From NCBI RefSeq assembly GCF_018350175.1, contig NC_058368.1, forward strand, positions 3,534,001 to 3,598,000: a stretch of 64,000 bases of DNA, written 5' to 3'. The notes under the pieces are model-generated. The model searched no databases and was not told where the DNA came from. It was given only the letters and a program-made list of their open reading frames with translations. The translations under genes were made by a program, and so were the position numbers. This DNA comes from Felis catus (Eukaryota). This document shows positions 1 to 11,731 of the stretch, piece after piece; the first letter of the stretch is position 1; each line of letters opens with the position of its first letter.

Positions 1-50
1 GTGATATTAAAAATGCTTAAGTACCAATGTTGTATAAAAATGCAACCCCA

Positions 51-253
51 GGGGCACCTGGGTGGTTCAGTCGGCTAAGCATCCAACGCTTGGGTCGGCT
101 CAGGTCGTGATCTCTCAGTGGTGAGATCGAGCCCTGCTTTGGGCTCTGTGCCGACAGCGCAGAGCCTGCTTGGGATCCTGTCTCCCTCTCTGTCTGCCCC
201 TCCCCCACTCTCACTCTTGCTCTCTCAAAATAAATAAATAAATATTTAAAAAG
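51..253 (+). mobile_element. Can-SINE (SINEC)
   Basis: GGGGCACCTGGGTGG head, CT-rich tract, AATAAA/A tail; imperfect TSD aaaatgcaacccca / aaaatacaaccgca. Confidence 0.95.
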
Positions 254-489
254 AAAATACAACCGCAGTTCGCTATCTTAATTCCCAGCATGTTAAAATA
301 TTGTGAGAGCACAGAAGAAAACGTATATAAAAGTGGGGCAATAACATCACTCTAGAAATTCTGTAAACAATTAAATAAATGAAAACGTATTGTTACAGAT
401 AGATATTTTATCCCCAGCACGTGGATGAAATTAAACCCTCGGTATTTGCTGAATGGCAAATTCACTGGCTTGTTGTTATTTTTTTTTTC

Positions 490-930
490 CCCTAGTTCTG
501 CCCCAGTGGCTCCAAAGAGTTCTTTTTCACCTTCGCCAAGAGAATTCCCTGTACTTCTGTTCTGATTTGGATTCTGTTTCCTTGATCCTATGACTTTCTC
601 TCTCTAGGATTACTTTTCAGTTTCAGGGAAGACATTTTCCAGAGTTGCCTGAGAAATGGTACTTGGCAGGTCAATTTTTTGAGAACTTGCACGTCTGAAA
701 ATGTCTTTATTATACTCATTCTTGATTTATGGTTGGCTAGGTATAAAATTCTAATTCCCTCAGCATTTTAAAGGTTTTGTTTCATTGTCTTCTAGCTCGC
801 TGCACCGCTGTTGAGACGTCCAATGCCATTCTGGTAGTTCATTCATTTTGCAGGACCTGTTTTGTTTTTTTGTTTTGTTTTGTTTTGTTTTGTTTTGTTT
901 TTACCTGTGGAAACTTTTAGATGTTCCAGA
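490..930 (-). mobile_element. Old L1-related fragment, HAL1-like
   Basis: Resembles recalled HAL1 consensus (gagaacttgcacgtctgaaaatgtctttatt...ggctaggtataaaattcta); contains a (TTTTG)n tract. Confidence 0.6.
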
Positions 931-1575
931 CTATCCAACTCCTAGCTTATTCTTAAAGTGTCCCCCATGTTTACTAACCATTGGTCATATGCAAACTAAC
1001 AAACAACTTCTGATTCTTATTTGCAAAGTGGGTAATAGAACATAGTGAAAGTTGCATCGAAACAGTAAGCTGTAAATTTTTTGTGCCGTGATGGGAGTCT
1101 TTTCTTTTTTTTGATTGGATAAAAGTACTATCAAAATCTGTGACCTTATCTCCACCCACTAAAAGAAATTCTAGGGAGCTTCTGACCCCAAATCTAATAG
1201 TCATCTCTTAGCTCTTGTCCCCTTGGACCCTCCTTTATTTAGATCACCCCTCTATAGCAGTCCCAGAATTTTTTCCTGTGCCGTTCCCTTAGTATGCTAC
1301 TTCTTGTCCCCTGCTACGTTTTCTTGCTCTTCTCTTCTTGACCCTGGTTCCTAAATGTGGATATGCCTTTCGAGTCTTTGCTGGACGTTTTCCTATATTT
1401 TGTGATACTCGTATTCTAAGACGCCCCATTTAATTTTAGGACATTAAAGGTCACCGTTAGGATTGTTACTTTCAAAATACATATTTGGGCGCGTGTTTTG
1501 TATGTAGTCTCATACTTCCAGCAGCAGCATCTTCAGTGTGTAAATGGAAGAGAGAGCAGAACCAAAATCTTAGAG

Positions 1576-1799
1576 GAGGTGTTGACAGACTTTCTCTGTA
1601 ATGGGCCAGAGATTAAATATTTTAGACTTCGCAGGATACACAGTCTTTGTCGTAAATGCTCACTTCTGCTACTATTGTGTGATGACAGCCATAGACAATA
1701 TCTAACCAGACAAGGGTGGCTGTGTTCCAAGCACACCTTATTTACAAACCAAGCAGCAAGCCTAATTTCACCCATTGGCTGCACTTTGCCAATGACTGG
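1576..1799 (+). mobile_element. hAT-Charlie MITE, MER58A-like
   Basis: Colinear with recalled MER58A consensus: gggccagagattaaatattttag...cagccatagacaata...gggtggctgtgttccaa...ttatttacaaa. Confidence 0.8.
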
Positions 1800-1939
1800 T
1801 CTAGAGATTTGATCTGTGTCAGAAGATGACACTAAGTGGTTGTTTGACCTTAGGAGAATCGTTCAATGTCTTCAGGCCTCAGCAACACACAACTACTGCA
1901 CTAGAAATTATTTCCTTGACTGGTATTTTCTTCCTCTCA

Positions 1940-2420
1940 TCCACTACCTTATGGGCCTACAGAACTCCTATTCATTTTTTTTAGACCCAGCTCAAATGTC
2001 ACCTCTTCTGTGAAGCATTCCTTCATTTCTGCATACAAGATTGGGTATTAAGTACTACGTACTTGATACCTATCCTGAGTCAAAATTAGCCACACCTTCT
2101 TTTATTCCCACAGAATAGGCTTTTATGAGTCAATTAAAACACTCCTACCATTGCATTTTACATGTGTCTCTTCAGCCCTTGAATTTAAGCTGACCCTCTG
2201 AAGCCTCCATGTCTGCTGAAGTACCTGCTGTATAATTTATGCTCCACAGCTGCTTGTTAAACATTTGTGCAACACAATGGCTTACCTGTTCCTTAAATTC
2301 TCTCAGCTAAAAAACATAATTATACATGTTTTAAAGCAAACTCCTTCTCTTTCCTTCCCAAATCTGCTTCTCTTATTGTTAATGACGTCTTCGGTCTTAG
2401 TTACCCAGGGCTCAAAATTA
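1940..2420. mobile_element. L2 fragments (degenerate)
   Basis: cagctcaaatgtcacctcttctgtgaagcattcc and related L2 3'-region motifs. Confidence 0.55.
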
Positions 2421-2459
2421 GGTCTTTCTGCATTTTGGTTAGGATATGAAAATTTGAAT

Positions 2460-2610
2460 GAGCTGTGACTTGAAGTCCAGCCCTGCCACTGACTCAGTGC
2501 GGGATCTTGGGCACATATTTCATTTCTCCAGGTCTCGGTCTCCTCATTTGCAAGAGGGGGACTCAAATAGTATGTGCAGTCCACGGTTACTGCAATCAAT
2601 ACACCTTGAG
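2460..2610 (+). mobile_element. MIR fragment
   Basis: MIR core-like ccagccctgccactgact...tcttgggcac...tcggtctcctcatttgcaa. Confidence 0.6.
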
Positions 2611-2771
2611 TTTTGAATATATGGCTACTTTTCGAAAACGGTTCCTGCAACTTTTGCTGCATTCATTCCAACGTTTCCGGTAGTGTGGTCTTTCACAAAT
2701 TTTTTAGCAGAACCCACTTTCCCTTTAACTGTGTGATAGGGTTGTGACTCGGGCTACTGAATGCCCTTTAC

Positions 2772-2787
2772 CTTAACACATGGCATG
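2772..2787 (-). other. Candidate 16-nt microexon
   Basis: Minus strand: ctctcattgcatttttcaag|CATGCCATGTGTTAAG|gtaaag. Confidence 0.3.
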
Positions 2788-3824
2788 CTTGAAAAATGCA
2801 ATGAGAGCTAATTCCTTTTGGAGACATTTAGTCTCTAACTGATACTCAAGGAATGTATATGACGTTCAACTTTACAGCCTAGAATTAGTTTACAATTATG
2901 TGATAACATTTAATTGGATATAACGCTCTTTTAAAACCTTGTGTTCTGTCCATAGGAGGAAAATATTTATCCTGTTTATGTTTTCAAGTATGTTGAAAAA
3001 AAAAACCCCAATATCTTCTGGCCTACTGTATCTTAAATGCATCTAAACATTTTGTGTAGCCTTGGCTTTCAGTAACTCAGTGAATGATATTATTTGATTA
3101 AGCATTTTTTTAAGAGAGGATTCTTTTCATTTATAATTAGAAAAGCACAGATAGCTCTCTTATATAAGACAGCTATGCTTCAATTAGTGTCTGTGCCTTC
3201 TCAATCTTCCTACAAAACACAAATTCCTATTCATATTCCAAGCTGTGCTTCTAAAATTTATTTGGGGCCTAGATATATATTTTCCTGGGAAATCTGTTCA
3301 ATTCTGTTCTGCAATAATATTTTAATTGCCAGCATTATTTAACTTTTTATAAACCCATCTTATTTAAAAACATAGAGTATAATCTCTAGAATGGAAAAAT
3401 TATTTTATTAGTGTTTATATTCTCACACAACCTAGTATATTTCTGCCCATTACACACACATTTTATTCTTTTTCATTACTTAGAATTGACGTAAATTAAA
3501 TTATAATTAACAAAACTGAACAAGTCTACATGAACCTTGTTCCACATAGATTAACTAAATAAATGTTTCTTGATTTCAAGTTATAAACATGCTGGGTTTA
3601 GAGTAATATTATTTTTGAGGAAAAAAATCAATGAGTGAAATATACATACTATTAATCTTCACTGAGTATCTAATTTATATATATGTATATATATATATAT
3701 ACATGCATACATATCTATATTTATTAAAACATGTTATAAGCTGCCTTACAAAGACCATATTTCTCTTTCTAATATCTTTATGGTAGTTGAGGCAGCAATA
3801 TAAATACCATGCCTCACAACTCAC

Positions 3825-3843
3825 CTTTGCAAAGGTATCACCT
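3825..3843 (-). other. Candidate 17/19-nt microexon
   Basis: Minus strand: aatttttcaatcag|(AG)GTGATACCTTTGCAAAG|gtgagt; near-consensus donor, two adjacent AG acceptors. Confidence 0.4.
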
Positions 3844-4216
3844 CTGATTGAAAAATTATGGCTATAATTTTTTTTCTACTCTTTACGAACTGAGCTACTA
3901 AGACCGTGTAAAACAATTTCAAATGGAAATACATAAACAATTAGTGAGTTTCACGGGAAATTTATCAGAGTTAACATGGTAATAAATGTGGTAAAAAAAA
4001 TAAAATCTCAAACATAGCAACCAGCAAAACAATGAAATCTGTAAGAACCAACCTTTGTCCGCCAGCTCCACCATATGGCATTGTGAGAATTTACAGTTCT
4101 CCAAGGGAAAAGAATCTTACAAATATTCAAAACTACTGATTCATGATGAATTGAATGTCTCAGGGCAAAAAAAAAAAAAATAGCAATAATAATGTAAAGT
4201 GATGAGAAACACTCAC

Positions 4217-4254
4217 CTTTTTATGAATGGAGAAGTTCATCTCTTTACCTCCTT
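4217..4254 (-). other. Candidate 38-nt exon containing an ATG (MNFSIHKK to the exon end)
   Basis: Minus strand: cctcttaaattcag|AAGGAGGTAAAGAGATGAACTTCTCCATTCATAAAAAG|gtgagt. Confidence 0.45.
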
Positions 4255-4560
4255 CTGAATTTAAGAGGTTCTAAGAATATAGTGTTATTTCCCTGGATAA
4301 ACAGGCGTTAAGGTAAACTAACTTTGGATTTTCAACCTAAAGTCTTGCTGGATCCTTTCCAATATTATTTTACAGCTTACAGTGTTGGATTAGAGTGCAT
4401 AGTGTTTTGTTTGGTTTTGTTTTAATTTCGTCTAACATCCATGTTGTACAAGAGTCTTCTATCTCCATGCAAATCACACCAGTTCAAATATAGGAAGATG
4501 GAAACACAGTGGTCATCCGTTTCTAAATCTAAAAAAGGCTTTAAACTTTAGACCAATTAC

Positions 4561-4607
4561 CTCGTCAATTCCACCGTCTGATTTCCTCCTACACTTTGGT
4601 TTGTTTC
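4561..4607 (-). other. Candidate 47-nt exon
   Basis: Minus strand: tgttccaacttcag|GAAACAAACC...GAATTGACGAG|gtaatt; purine-rich body. Confidence 0.4.
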
Positions 4608-4699
4608 CTGAAGTTGGAACATACAAGTACAGTTTTAAAACGTAAATTCCACAAAGCTATTGTGAGTAGCAGAATCTAAAGCTAACCAGCTTAAGCAAA

Positions 4700-4980
4700 A
4701 GAAGGAGAAGATTCGGGAGGAATTTAGTGTCAGGCCCCAGGAGGAGATGAGCAACAGAGGTGGGTAGAGAGTAACAGAGGCGGGTTGGGCGCTCTAGAGC
4801 ATCCGGTTTCTTGGTTGCCACGCAGCTCTGAGTTCTAGTGTCTTCTGGGTCCAGGAGGTCTAACCCGTAGAACTGCAGTTGGACTTTCTTAACTCGGATG
4901 CCTCTCCTGAGCTACTTAACTGTATGTGCCCAGGGAACGGTGAGAGGTGCATTTGTTCACAGACATCACAGAAAGCGGTT
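4700..4980. promoter_or_regulatory. Promoter-like patch (GC-box-like site, RFX half-sites, local CpG excess)
   Basis: GAGGCGGG at about 4777; AGCAAC, AGTAAC and GTTGCC half-sites within 4750-4819; several CpGs amid AT-rich flanks. Confidence 0.35.
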
Positions 4981-5257
4981 ACTGGGAAGCTACTAAGTGT
5001 GTGCTCTACCTAGCAGTGTAGACATAGACAAGAAGAAGAAGCAGCAAAAGAAACAGAAAGAGGGGAAGGAGAGGAAGAATGGGGAGAAGGAGGAGGAGGA
5101 GAAGGTAGTGGAACTGTTAGAGTAGAATATGACTTCCAATTCCACTTTATCCAGATCAATTCCTAAAATCAGCAAGTCTAAATTCCATTATTAACTAGAT
5201 AGACAACTGAACATTTCTGGCCCAACAGACTCAGGTCAAAACACGTTTATAGATTTT

Positions 5258-5468
5258 ATTGTATTTTATTGTATTTATTTTATTTTATTTTGTATTTATT
5301 TATGTTTGAGAGACAGAGGGACAGAGCATGAGTGGGGGAGGAGCAGAGACGGAGAGGGAAGCACAGAATCCGAAGGAGGCTCCAGGCTCTGCGCTGGGCT
5401 CAAACTCACAGTGAGATCATGACCTGCGCCGAAGTCGGCCGCTTTGACGGACTGAGCCACCCAGGCGC
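5258..5468 (-). mobile_element. Can-SINE with small internal deletion
   Basis: T-rich tail, gagagacagagg...gagccacccaggcgc; probable TSD ttatagatttt. Confidence 0.92.
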
Positions 5469-5929
5469 AGCTTTTTTTATTTTCATTTTTTTTTTCCTGT
5501 TTTGCTTTTGTTTTTGCTTATAGATTTTTAGACCACAAATTGTGTAGTGGGAGCGTGGGAGAATTACAAACTTCTCTCAGGGCGAATGTATCTTCTTCCT
5601 TTGGGCAGATCACAGGAGAGTAACCAGCGAAGTGAAAGGCACCTAATTCCCTTAGGTATTCAAGAAGTTTCTAAGACCTATGACCAACCTCTGCATTGAA
5701 AAAAATGTTTCACAACTGCACCCCTGAGAGATACTACCAGTTGTCGTCAGTATTTGGTAGACGACAGTGGCTGACTTTGACCATGACATTCAAGTAGTGT
5801 CTGTGGGCAGGGACCAATCCATTCCTAGGAGAAGAGGTGAATCTCAAGGATGTACAACTAATACCTTAACGTGTGTGCAATTCTTAAGTATCTCTTACAC
5901 CCCGATGGTAATTTCTCAATAACGAAATC

Positions 5930-6105
5930 GTCACACCTGTTATTTATGGAGCACTTACCCCAAGTCAGTCCTACATCACCTTTACATGCACTAACATTTT
6001 TTAGTTTTACGACAACCCCGTAAGACATCATTATTATTACCCTTTTACACATTAGGAAACCAAGAAATAGAAGAATTAAGATAATCCGCCCAAGATCACA
6101 TACCT
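5930..6105 (-). mobile_element. MIR fragment
   Basis: tatttatggagcacttac...attattattacccttttacacattaggaaac...gcccaagatcaca. Confidence 0.7.
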
Positions 6106-6112
6106 AGAAATT

Positions 6113-6319
6113 ATTTTTTTAAGTTATTATTTATTTTGAGAGAGACGGAGACAGACGGAGGGGCAGAGAGAGAGAGAGAGAGAGAGAGAATCCCAAATAG
6201 GTTCTGCACTGGCAACAACAGAGCCCGATGTGGGGTTTGAACTCACGAAACCGTGAGATTATGACCTGAACTGAAAACAAGAGTCAGACGTTTAACCGAC
6301 TGAGACACCTGGGCATCCC
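6113..6319 (-). mobile_element. Can-SINE
   Basis: (GA)n tract and SINEC body; TSD ctagaaat(t/g)atttt. Confidence 0.93.
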
Positions 6320-6671
6320 TAGAAATGATTTTAAATCAGTCAATCTAGCTTTGGAGACCACCCAAAGATAGACTTCCCTACATCTAAAGCATATTTAAAG
6401 TTTATACTGAGAGATATATTGTGCTTTCCTCAAAATTACTAAAAATGTATAATGTATAGATTCAATTTCAATATAATGCAAATTGAAGGACCAGAGTCTA
6501 AATACCTACTTCACACCTTGTTCTAGGTCAAGCGCTGGATATATGAAGATGAATTCCTCACACTCGAGAATCCCAGTCTCCTAACTTGCTGATGGCACTG
6601 ACTACAGAATGTAGCCAAAACAGTTGCACAGAAACAGTTTTTGATTATTTCTTGGACCATTCACTTAGTCC

Positions 6672-6870
6672 TGGGACGCCTGGGCATCTCAGTCACTTGA
6701 GCGTCTGACTCTTGATTTCTGCTCAGGTCACGATCCCAAGAGTCATGGGAACCCTGTGTCAGACTCTCTACTAAGCGTGGAACCTGCTTAAGATTCTCTC
6801 TCTCTCTTTCTCTCTCTGCCCCTCTCCCCTGCTTTAGTGCTCTCTAATAATAATAATAATAATGATAATA
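6672..6870 (+). mobile_element. Older Can-SINE with (TAA)n tail
   Basis: gggacgcctggg...ctgactcttgatttctgctcaggtcacgatccc...cctgcttaagattctctc. Confidence 0.9.
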
Positions 6871-6874
6871 GCAA

Positions 6875-7060
6875 TTCTGCATTAAGCACCTACTATGGGT
6901 CAGTTGTTTTTCCTCCATGATCTCATTTAATCACCCCAACAATATCGTCAACTTGGCGTCATCAATTCCTGTTTACAGGTGAAGAAAGTGGGATAGTAAG
7001 AAGCTAATTACCAAGTCCCAGGTCCCAAATTAGGTCCTGGGGAAGCTGGCTTCTGTATCC
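6875..7060 (-). mobile_element. MIR fragment
   Basis: attaagcacctactatg...atctcatttaatcacc...tttacaggtgaagaaa. Confidence 0.7.
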
Positions 7061-9466
7061 ATTTCTTTGGTTTTCATTTTGCTTCAGTCTTGAGGCTTAC
7101 ACTTTTTCCCTTATACAAAATGACCCATGTAGAAAATTAATTTTCCTTCGTGTGTTTAATCTCATCTCCCCAGATATATGGCGAACAGCAGGTTATTCCA
7201 GTGCAATGCATCATCGATGGGAGGGCCATCCTCAGTGGGTTTTGTAGGCATCACGGCTAATTTTTCCAAAATATATTTGGGTGGACACCCTTTATATTAC
7301 TCAAGTCTCCACACAGAGATGGTACTTGTTTTGTAAATGAGTCATTATCCTGCTGAAGATTTTTGTAAGCAGTCAGTAATAATGTCTGCAGAATTACATA
7401 ATTTCTTCTGACTTTTCCATCAGAAATGTCTCTCCGCCATTCTACATCCCCAAATGACGAACAAAAGTAATATTCCCAGAATTCACTTGGGTTGTCAATA
7501 ATAGAATTAGTAGCTCATTAAATTGGGTGAGAGCACACACGCTCACGCGCAGGCATGACAGGTTTACAAGCCTTCCAGTGGGTTTTTGTTAAAAAGAAAG
7601 CTTTGCGTATCTTTCTTGGACAAGAGTCCTGGATATTCCTTGCAAAGGCTCTGGTCTTTCTATCTTGAGGTAGAGTAACTGTTGACTCACACACAGGCTT
7701 GCAGGAGGTCAGGGACTTAATTACCATCCATTATCCTCTTTCAGTGCCTTTCCTCCTGCCTGAATTAGCTCAACAATTTCCAGACATTCCTACTTTCATA
7801 CAATTTTTCATTTTCCCTGATGTCATCATTTTATCACCAAGTTTTTGATCTTCACAGTTCATCTACGTTTTATATTTTTAGAGAAGCACCTCGGTGTAGA
7901 AGTGCCTTAATTTTTTCCAGCTTCAAATTTAACTCTTGCTTCACCTTACGTTTTCATCTCGGCAAGGATTTGGCTTCTTTTTAAAGCAGTAGTCCTTGAA
8001 ACTCATTTGAAAATATCTGTTCTCTCCCGTCCATATTTGTATGTTGCACAAATGTGAATATTGTGCCAGCTTTTACCCCCCTTTTAGGGCAATAATAAAT
8101 CTCCCACAGCAGAAGGTGCTGTGTGGAAATCAAAGAGATGTCATTAAGTACCCTTCCCAGACATTCACACTAACTCTTGTCTGGGAAGATGGATCTTAAA
8201 CCAGTTGTAAAGTCATCTAATGATAGAAATATGCATTCCTTTCAATTCAGTGATTCTCCGGGCAGGTCTCTCTGATGCATCCCAGCCTTGATTTAGTAGG
8301 GACGTTATCTTATCTGGGAATTACACTTAAATTAGATTGAGACGATCTTTCTTAAACAAACTTTGTTGGCTAATACTTAATACATTATATGGTACTCGCG
8401 CATTAACTCACCATTCCCCCTACCATGTGTTTGGAAAGTATTTGCCCTGAGACATGAAGCAGCATTGTGTTTCTGTTCAAGGAGGATTCTAGCATCCCTT
8501 CCTTCTGAATTCTGGAAATAATAGGTGGTTAATATTTTGAGACAGTGAGTTCCCATAGAGGGCCATAAAAGTGTTAAGAATAGAGAGCTATGAGAAGTAC
8601 GCACATGCATGCGAACTGCAAAAGAACAGATGGAAATACAACTCACTAAAAGCTATATTTTTCAAATAGGAGACTACAATAATTGACTAAATATTGAGGA
8701 CACCAGAAAATTAAGGTTTGTTGGAAGCCCCTCTCCCGCATTCCTAAGTAAACTGTCATAATGTTTTGTAAGGAAAACTTGCTAAGTTGCAGAAAGTGGA
8801 GTACACTGCGTTTCAAATTTTAATATTGAATTGCTAAAATACTTGAGCCTCGGAGACCATCTATAGCAAAGGGAATCAGGGCCCTTTCCATGAAAATAAT
8901 ATAATTTTTATCAGAATTTTATCAGAATCTCTACAGAGATATAGATGTTGATCTAGAGGCTGTCTACTGTTTCTCTAATGACCTGTTGGCCACACTGCGT
9001 GCCTCTCACACACGACCCAGGTGTGGTCTGCTCCCCAGGCTTCTGGCGACTTTACTGCAGCTTCTGGCTTCTTTCATATTCTCGCCAAAGAGTACAGCAG
9101 AGGCTCAGAAAGGTGTTTTTCAAGAACTGGCTTAGACGCCCAGACTGCGGGGAACAAATAACCACCCATCAGACTCTTCTCCTTTCAGGGAACGCAGAGC
9201 TTTCTTAGAACTTCAGCATGTCGCCTACATCGCAAGTCTCACGCATGCAGGGGAAATTGACAAAATGACAGTCTGTAGTAGAAGGTTTTCTGCTAACTCT
9301 TCCGACTTCTCCTAATGGGCCTGGTCAGAGCCGGGCACGGGACACCGACAGGTAGCTGATGTCTGCAGCCTGTTTCAATCTGCCTCCCCACCTTCTCGGC
9401 CTTCCACCCACCCCACCTCCTTTTCAATATCAAACTTCCTTTCCCTTTCACCTGCCCTGTTTTCTT

Positions 9467-9694
9467 TTTTTTTTATTATTAATTTTTTTTTCAACGTTTA
9501 TTTATTTTTGGGACAGAGAGAGACAGAGCATGAACGGGGGAGGGGCAGAGAGAGAGGGAGACACAGAATCGGAAACAGGCTCCAGGCTCCGAGCCATCAG
9601 CCCAGAGCCTGACGTGGGGCTCGAACTCACAGACCGCGAGATCGTGACCTGGCTGAAGTCGGACGCTTAACCGACTGCGCCACCCAGGCGCCCC
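9467..9694 (-). mobile_element. Young felid SINE (SINEC_Fc type)
   Basis: CpG-rich, nearly identical to the copies at 16095, 40509 and 49920; perfect TSD acctgccctgttttctt. Confidence 0.97.
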
Positions 9695-11515
9695 ACCTGC
9701 CCTGTTTTCTTCAGCAGGCACACAGATTCTCACTCCTACCCCATCATAGCCCATCGAACACACCTATTCCGTTTTATCCGCCTAAGTAAGGCCGTTTGAA
9801 ATGACTCAGAACGAACCAGGTAAACAGCGTCTCAACCAGGAATGAATAGTCCGTAATGCCCGAACGTATTATCTTTTTGAGATCATGCAGGTTTATTTCC
9901 TTCTCAACTTTATTTCATTCTTCTGTCTGTAATAGTACAGTGAAACCAAACCTACACTCTGGAGAAGTCTGATTTTCTCATGTGAATTTTATCAATGCCA
10001 AAGATGTATACTTCCCCTCCCCTAATTTTTGTAAATTGGAATTCGTTTGGGGAAAAAAAAAAAGAAAAGAATTAAAATGCCTACAGAATTAAATAAAATC
10101 AATACATTACTATCTGGAAATAACAGTTACATTTTAGAACTATAATTTCATGAATTTCTCTCTACATTTCTCGCTACAAATATATTTATATTTATAAGCC
10201 TTTAGGCACCTGCTGATGTATTTGTTAACTATTAACACATTTAATAAAAATTTCTAAAGCTATCTTTATTTAATATAATTCAAATTAAATTATATATTGA
10301 ATAAAATTTATAAAAATAAAAATTAAGTTTTACAACTACTGAAATGAATAATCATGCATGACAAAATAAGTAAAAACCAAAAAGTAAAAACAATTATATA
10401 AAACCAAATTTGATAACACATCAGTTACCTATACGTTGCTCATAAATATATAAATGTCTATATATTTTGGTCATATATAAGTGATAACATTTCAATATCT
10501 CTACATTGATCATTAATATATAAATGTCAACATATTTTGGTTGTATACACGAGTATGTATTACATGTTTATAGTACACAAGTTGTAGAAGTTCTTTACAT
10601 ATTATATCATGAATATTTTCCTGATTCATTAGAGAAAATATTGTTCTTAATGGTTGCATAATACCTTTTAGATGTACTATGAATTCCTTGCCCATTCCTT
10701 TGAGAACACATGTAGACTTCCAAATGGTTGTATTACTGTATTGCCGTTCTCATACTTGCATCAAGACCATATCTCTGATCATGACCTTGGAGTCTGAGAT
10801 ATGGAATTGTCGGGCTTAAAATGAAAAGCATTTAAAAGCTTTTGGAACATACTTCTAATCGTTTCTAAAAAAGTTTTATCAAACCATCAACCACAAATTT
10901 TTACTATATTTACTAAGCCTACTAACTCCACATCCTTTTGACCATAAATCAGTCATATTTTGTTTCTTATTTTATAGTCAATAGTTCATGCATATAATTT
11001 ACATTGTTTCTTATAATCTAGTGCACATTTTATTTGATTTTAGATTGATTTGTCATTCGTGTAAAACTTGTTAATTGATCTTGGTTTTTATTAGTGCTTT
11101 TTTGTTTATTTCTTTACAAAAACACCATAAACGACAGTAATTAATACTCCATCTGGCATTTATATAGCAAATTGTTTTTAAGAAAGCAATTTAAGCTCTT
11201 GTAATGTCAATCTGTTGACTTCAGTATGTTCTCCGTGCCTTCGATTCTTTTCAATATATTGATAATTTAGTGTTTTACTTTGTGTTTTTGTATATGATGG
11301 GAGATGAGAACAAAAATCAAGTTTCTCTAAAGAATTAGATGCTCTTCCAAATACAATTAATCAAGTTATCCACTCTGTTAGATCTGGTATGTTTTCCCAA
11401 TCACACACAAACATAAACCACACACACGTACAGAGAGAGCAAGAGATTCATACTTCTGTTCTTCCGTCTGTTGAAGCTAGAAACAGACCATGGTTTAAAT
11501 GTCAATATCACTCTA

Positions 11516-11731
11516 GGGGCACCTGGGTGGTTCAGTTGGTTAAGCGTTCAACTTAGGCTCAGGTCGTGATCTCATGGTTCGTGCATTCGAACCCCGCATT
11601 GGAGTCTGTGTTGACAGCTCAGAGCCTGGAGCCTGCTTGGGATTCTGTGTCTCCCTCTCTCTCTACCCCTCCTCCACTCGTGCTCTGACTCTCTCTGTCT
11701 CAAAAATAAATAAGCAGTAAAAAAAATTTTA
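11516..11731 (+). mobile_element. Can-SINE
   Basis: Full SINEC body; TSD tcaatatcactcta. Confidence 0.96.

Noticed and set aside
51..140. tRNA gene (A/B-box-like sequence)
   Set aside because: It is the tRNA-derived head of a SINE, followed by a CT tract, A tail and TSD; the same applies to all copies.
4121..4158. Additional minus-strand exon ending TTT|gtaaga
   Set aside because: Needs either a 58-nt intron with a GAG acceptor or introduces an immediate stop; weak donor context.
9359..9763. Recurrent peptides such as GAWVAQSV... and PGWRSRLSVRLQPGHDLAV... suggesting a gene family
   Set aside because: These are translations of Can-SINE copies.
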